DNA of 64,000 nucleotides from Parachitinimonas caeni (GTDB lineage Bacteria; Pseudomonadota; Gammaproteobacteria; Burkholderiales; Chitinimonadaceae): NCBI RefSeq assembly GCF_030129945.1, contig NZ_JARRAF010000017.1, positions 1 to 64,000 of the forward strand, read 5' to 3'. Shown piece by piece: positions 60,193 to 64,000 of this stretch (position 1 is its first letter; each line of letters starts with the position of its first letter). The notes under the pieces were generated by a model. It saw only the letters and a program-made list of their open reading frames with translations, ran no database searches and was not told where the DNA came from. The position numbers and the translations under genes were made by a program.

Positions 60193-60380
60193 GTGCTCTT
60201 GGTCTTGAGCTCTTGTCGCTGGAGGGAGAGTCGCCGCCCTTTTGGGGGGAGAGGGTTTGTGTCGGGTTGTCGACACGAGCTTGGTCGTTGCGTTGGCAGG
60301 GAGTGGTTCGAGGGTCCAGTTTTCGCAGTTTGGTGTGACAAACAACCTGGTAGTCTCAATTTGAACGAAAGGATGTTGCA

Positions 60381-60563
60381 ATGAAGAACTTGCAGAAAGG
60401 TTTTACCTTGATTGAGCTGATGATCGTTGTTGCCATCATCGGCATCCTGGCAGCGATCGCCATTCCGCAATTCAGCGAGTACCAGAAGAAAGGGCAGGAT
60501 AAAGCTGCCCAGGCGGATGCCCGCAATTTCCTGACTTCGGCTGCTTCGAATACCACAAGCTAA
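60381..60563 (+). CDS. truncated type IVa pilin (PilA-N-like), copy 2
   Basis: MKNLQKG|[31 protein letters not shown]...ARNF. Same length and same truncation point as copy 1. Confidence 0.8.
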   Translation: MKNLQKGFTLIELMIVVAIIGILAAIAIPQFSEYQKKGQDKAAQADARNFLTSAASNTTS

Positions 60564-60630
60564 GCCGAGTTTGCTCCGATTCTTTCAGCGGTTTTTGATA
60601 GTGTAAATCGTGCATTCAGGAGAATAAGTC

Positions 60631-60981
60631 ATGGAAAGAAGCAGCAAGATTGTCATCGTGGGTGGGGTTATTGCACTGGGCATTGCTTCGGGCTCTGCGA
60701 GTGCGCAATCCGAGGCCGCTAGCGCGACGGGCACGACCGGCACCTGGTCTGTGACGGCTGGAAATTTCGTTCAAAATGCCTTTACGTTCAAGCTCTCGAA
60801 TAACGTCGCTTTGATTGCCAATGATAGCCCGACTGCGGTGGCGGTCAGCACCGCCAGTACCAAGGGAACCCGTGCTTTCGGCGGTGGTAGCAGTGGGGGT
60901 GGTGTGAGGGATTGCGATGGCTCCAGCGTGGCCACTCCAGCACCGAAGACCGCTACCGCAACGGGGGATGGTTGCTCCTGA
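60631..60981 (+). CDS. small secreted Thr/Ser/Gly-rich protein with C-terminal Cys pair (PilA-C-like candidate)
   Basis: Sec signal MERSSKIVIVGGVIALGIASGSASA. C-terminus is CDGSSVATPAPKTATATGDGCS. Confidence 0.5.
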   Translation: MERSSKIVIVGGVIALGIASGSASAQSEAASATGTTGTWSVTAGNFVQNAFTFKLSNNVALIANDSPTAVAVSTASTKGTRAFGGGSSGGGVRDCDGSSVATPAPKTATATGDGCS

Positions 60982-61000
60982 GTAGGTCGAAGTGACGCTT

Positions 61001-61032
61001 AAAAAATGGCGCAGCGATTGCGCCATTTTTTT
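61001..61032. terminator. bidirectional rho-independent terminator
   Basis: AAAAAATGGCGC-AGCGATT-GCGCCATTTTTTT lies between convergent genes. Confidence 0.75.
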
Positions 61033-61050
61033 CGCTTTTATTCGATCTTC

Positions 61051-62022
61051 TCAAGCAAGCGGGGCCACCAGCTCGGCGAAGCGTCGCATATCGACATTCC
61101 CGCCAGAAATCACGATGCCTACCCGTTTATCCTGAATGTCGAGTTGGCCTGACAGTGCCGCTGCGGCTGCCAGGCAACCTGTCGGCTCGACAACCATCTT
61201 CATGCGGCTGGCAAAGAACTGCATGGCAGACGCCAGTGCCGGGTCGCTGACGGTCACGATGTCGTCAACGTATTCACGAATAACCGGGAAGGTATGCTGA
61301 CCCAGGGCCTGGGTTTGCGCGCCATCCGCAATGGTCTGCGGGGTGTCGATGCGGATGATTTGCCCCGCTCGTAGACTTTGCTGGCCGTCATTGCCGGCCT
61401 CTGGTTCGACACCGATGATGCGCGTGCCGGGGCTTAGATGCCGGCTCGCCACCGCGCAGCCCGATAGCAGACCTCCCCCGCCCAGACAGACCAGCAGCAG
61501 GTCCAGCTCCCCGACCTCTTCAATCAGCTCCTTGGCAACGGTGCCCTGGCCTGCCATGACGTGGGGATGATCATAGGGCGGGATCAACGTCAGGCCACGC
61601 TCTTCGGCCAGCTGGCGACCAATGGCGTCTCGGTCCTGGGTGTAGCGGTCGTAGAGAACCACTTCGGCGCCATAGCCGCGCGTTGCGGCGACTTTGATGG
61701 CAGGGGCATCTTCCGGCATGACGATTACCGCCTGCATGCCAAGTTCCTGTGCCGACAAGGCAATGGCCTGGGCGTGATTGCCCGAGGAGAAAGTCACTAC
61801 CCCGGCCGCCTTCTGTGCCGGTGTGAACTGCGACAGGGCATTGAATGCCCCACGCATCTTGAAGGCCCCCATGCGCTGAAAGTTCTCGCATTTGAAAAAC
61901 AGCTGTGCGCCGGTTTGCTGATCGGCCGTACGCGAGTGCAATACCGGTGTACGGTGGATCGCTGCGGCGATACGGGTGTGTGCTGCGGCAATGTCTGCAA
62001 AGTCGATGGCCAGTTTGCTCAT
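61051..62022 (-). CDS. PLP-dependent threonine/serine dehydratase-like enzyme (IlvA-short / serine racemase family)
   Basis: PLP lysine region FKCENFQRMGAFKMRGA and phosphate loop GGGGL. Confidence 0.8.
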   Translation of the reverse strand: MSKLAIDFADIAAAHTRIAAAIHRTPVLHSRTADQQTGAQLFFKCENFQRMGAFKMRGAFNALSQFTPAQKAAGVVTFSSGNHAQAIALSAQELGMQAVIVMPEDAPAIKVAATRGYGAEVVLYDRYTQDRDAIGRQLAEERGLTLIPPYDHPHVMAGQGTVAKELIEEVGELDLLLVCLGGGGLLSGCAVASRHLSPGTRIIGVEPEAGNDGQQSLRAGQIIRIDTPQTIADGAQTQALGQHTFPVIREYVDDIVTVSDPALASAMQFFASRMKMVVEPTGCLAAAAALSGQLDIQDKRVGIVISGGNVDMRRFAELVAPLA

Positions 62023-62663
62023 GGGGGATCACCTTCTGGTGGGAGGTAGGTGTAAACGGTGGATCGGGCGACGCCGAGCATCTGCGCGATGTCGGCGACA
62101 GCATTGCGTTGCAGCAGCAAGCCATTGGCCGCCAGGGCGCTGATGGCTTCACGTCTTTGTGCGACAGTCATGCCCCTGGGCGTGGTATTGCGGCTTGCTG
62201 CAAAGTGCTCCAGCGCGCTCTGGATTGCGTCGATGCGGGTGCGTGCCGGAGTGCCTGCGTGGTCGAGCGGTGAGTGCTCGGTTTGAATAAGCTGGGTGAG
62301 GCTGTTACTGACTGCCGCTAGCTGGCTGGTGTCCATATTCAGGCAGATGGCTGCAACGAAGTGCCCCTGGCTGTTTTTCAACCCAATCGACGTACTTTTG
62401 GCGGGACGGCCGTCGGCAAACTGGCTTGGGTAGTTTTGCAACACTTCAGGAAAAGCCGGGTCGAGAATCCGTGCAAGGCCTATATTGCTGGCTGGTTCAC
62501 CAATGGCTCTACCCGAGAGATTGTTGGCGATTGCAGTGATGGCATGGTCAGGGCGGGTCAGGTCGTGCAGAACGACTTCTACCAATGGCGCCAAGGTCTT
62601 GCCGAGCGCTTCGACAATTTTCTGGCCCTCTCGCAGCAATAATTGGTCTTCGGTCAGTAACAT
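62019..62663 (-). CDS. YheO-like transcriptional regulator (N-terminal PAS-like sensor plus C-terminal HTH)
   Basis: C-terminal HTH IAQMLGVARSTVYTY. 4-bp overlap with the dehydratase gene. Confidence 0.6.
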   Translation of the reverse strand: MLLTEDQLLLREGQKIVEALGKTLAPLVEVVLHDLTRPDHAITAIANNLSGRAIGEPASNIGLARILDPAFPEVLQNYPSQFADGRPAKSTSIGLKNSQGHFVAAICLNMDTSQLAAVSNSLTQLIQTEHSPLDHAGTPARTRIDAIQSALEHFAASRNTTPRGMTVAQRREAISALAANGLLLQRNAVADIAQMLGVARSTVYTYLPPEGDPP

Positions 62664-62943
62664 TTTGACAAAAAGTCAATAATTGACGATTTGTTTATTC
62701 TGGTGCTGAAGTTCCTTCTTCGCAATACCTTTGCTATTTTCGCTGGAAGGCCGATATTGGTATCAGGGCCAACAGCAACAAGCATTAGTTCGCGCCGACT
62801 GGTATCGTATCGGCCGCAGAGGTGGGTTCCGGCCAGCCGGGCCACCCCATTACAGCTTTCTGAGTAGTTGGCTTGCCAATGCTTGACTGCCAGAATCCGG
62901 TCTTAGCTCTTGATCGACCCAATGTAAAAAAAAGAGGATTTTT

Positions 62944-63225
62944 ATGCGCACCAAAAAAGAACTTATCGACACACTGGCAGAACGTACCAGCCACACCAAG
63001 GATTCCGTCGAAACCCTGATCGACGCTTTGGGTGAAGCTGTGCAGGCTGCTCTGGCGCAAGGCAATGAAGTGGTGCTGCCTGGTGTTGGCAAACTGACGG
63101 TCAAGGAGCGTGCAGCCAAGGCTGGCCGTAACCCCAAGACTGGTGAAGCCATCACCATCGCGGCACGCAAGGTGCCGGCTTTCTCGGCGGCCAAGGCATT
63201 GAAGGATGCGGTTGACGCCAAGTAA
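62944..63225 (+). CDS. HU family DNA-binding protein
   Basis: 93-aa protein with the arm motif RNPKTGEAI. Confidence 0.9.
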   Translation: MRTKKELIDTLAERTSHTKDSVETLIDALGEAVQAALAQGNEVVLPGVGKLTVKERAAKAGRNPKTGEAITIAARKVPAFSAAKALKDAVDAK

Positions 63226-63270
63226 GCCGTATCGCAGCCACAACGGTTTCGCCGTTTTGGGCACAGCAAC

Positions 63271-63300
63271 AAAAAGGGTCGCATCGCGACCCTTTTTGTT
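63271..63300 (+). terminator. rho-independent terminator
   Basis: AAAAAGGGTCGC-ATC-GCGACCCTTTTTG. Confidence 0.8.
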
Positions 63301-63339
63301 TGCCACTCGCATCAGCGCACCTTCCTGATGCCGCTGCTG

Positions 63340-63395
63340 TTAGGCGTTGTTGGCACTTTATTTCCGACTGGAAACAAAACGCCAACAAAGCCTAG
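63340..63395. repeat. MITE-like repeat, minimal 56-bp form
   Basis: TTAGGCGTTGTTGGCACTTTATTTCCGACTGGAAACAAAACGCCAACAAAGCCTAG. The right CTAG supplies the GNAT stop codon. Confidence 0.7.
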
Positions 63396-63895
63396 TGGGC
63401 GATTTCCAGCAGGCGTGCCATACCTAGAGCGTCACGGTACTGCTCGCCAACGCGGGCGTGGCGACGGAATTTGCCTTCGATTTCAAATCCGAGCTTCTGG
63501 TAGAAGGCAATGGCGGGTGCATTGTCTTCGAACACTTGCAGCTCAATTCGATTCAAACCCAGTTCAGCGGCAGCCTTCAATGCCAGCTGCACGAGTGCCT
63601 GCCCCAGCCCCTGATTGCGCCAGGCGGGCAAAACGCCCATACCCAGTGTGCCAACATGCCGGTAAGGCAGTGATAGTTTGGGTTTGATATCGATCCAGCC
63701 CACCACCACGCCATCAACCATGGCGACAAAGTGCTGCAAATGGTGGCGTAGTTGCTCCAGCAGCTGGGTGCGCAGGGTGTCGAGCGGCGGTGCTTCGGTG
63801 ATCGGCAGGTACTTCTGCTCGCGGACGATTTCTTCGAGGACGTGGTGAAAGCCGGGGATCGTATCCTCGGTAAGCGGCGTAATCTGGATATTCAT
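63392..63895 (-). CDS. GNAT family N-acetyltransferase
   Basis: Acetyl-CoA motif RNQGLGQALVQLAL. The start is chosen at MNIQIT. Confidence 0.8.
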   Translation of the reverse strand: MNIQITPLTEDTIPGFHHVLEEIVREQKYLPITEAPPLDTLRTQLLEQLRHHLQHFVAMVDGVVVGWIDIKPKLSLPYRHVGTLGMGVLPAWRNQGLGQALVQLALKAAAELGLNRIELQVFEDNAPAIAFYQKLGFEIEGKFRRHARVGEQYRDALGMARLLEIAH

Positions 63896-64000
63896 TATCT
63901 GATCGTTATTCTGGGTTATGGGTACAAACCCTGTCCGATCAGCACATCGGCAGGGGCACGAAGGGTCTGCCGCTGACACTGCGGGCCAAGGCCGGCAGTG

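Noticed and set aside
60200-60380. The two pilin genes as halves of one frameshifted pilin
   Set aside because: Each has its own leader peptide, RBS and stop at the same relative position. They are 190 bp apart and are paralogs, not N- and C-terminal halves.
1-64000. CRISPR arrays, rRNA genes, intact tRNA genes and complete prophage or integrase genes
   Set aside because: There are no regularly spaced direct repeats with unique spacers, no rRNA-like conserved blocks and no integrase or recombinase ORFs. The tRNA-like signals are fragments only.

Overview
GC-rich chromosomal segment that looks betaproteobacterial; the taxon cannot be assigned from sequence alone. Housekeeping and catabolic genes include mutS, HU, acetoacetyl-CoA synthetase, an aminopeptidase N, a gcdR-gcdH-gcoT-type glutarate cluster extended by a TPP-dependent enzyme and an aldehyde dehydrogenase, and an AcrAB-type RND pump with its TetR regulator. 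Between them are accessory features. (1) A MITE-like inverted-repeat element family (TIR CTAGGYTCTGTTGACGTTTTGTT ... AACAAAACGTCAACAGAGCCTAG) occurs at seven loci, and its terminal CTAG repeatedly supplies the stop codon of the adjacent gene. (2) A sigma54-promoted locus encodes two tandem truncated (60-aa precursor) type IVa pilins plus a separately secreted small disulfide-containing protein, reminiscent of the Geobacter PilA-N/PilA-C split pilin. (3) Directly upstream of it is a six-gene operon of uncharacterised membrane and secreted proteins (a paralog pair and an M23-like protein), bracketed by MITE copies and an XRE-type regulator. (4) A translationally coupled operon encodes a CHASE2-adenylate/guanylate cyclase, a secreted protein and a secreted caspase (C14)-domain protein. 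(5) A one-component winged-helix Ser/Thr-kinase with a TPR domain. (6) A 665-bp gap holds tRNA 3-prime-end-like fragments. (7) The left edge carries an IS256-family transposase tail, a low-GC islet and a trpF remnant. No CRISPR array or rRNA was found.
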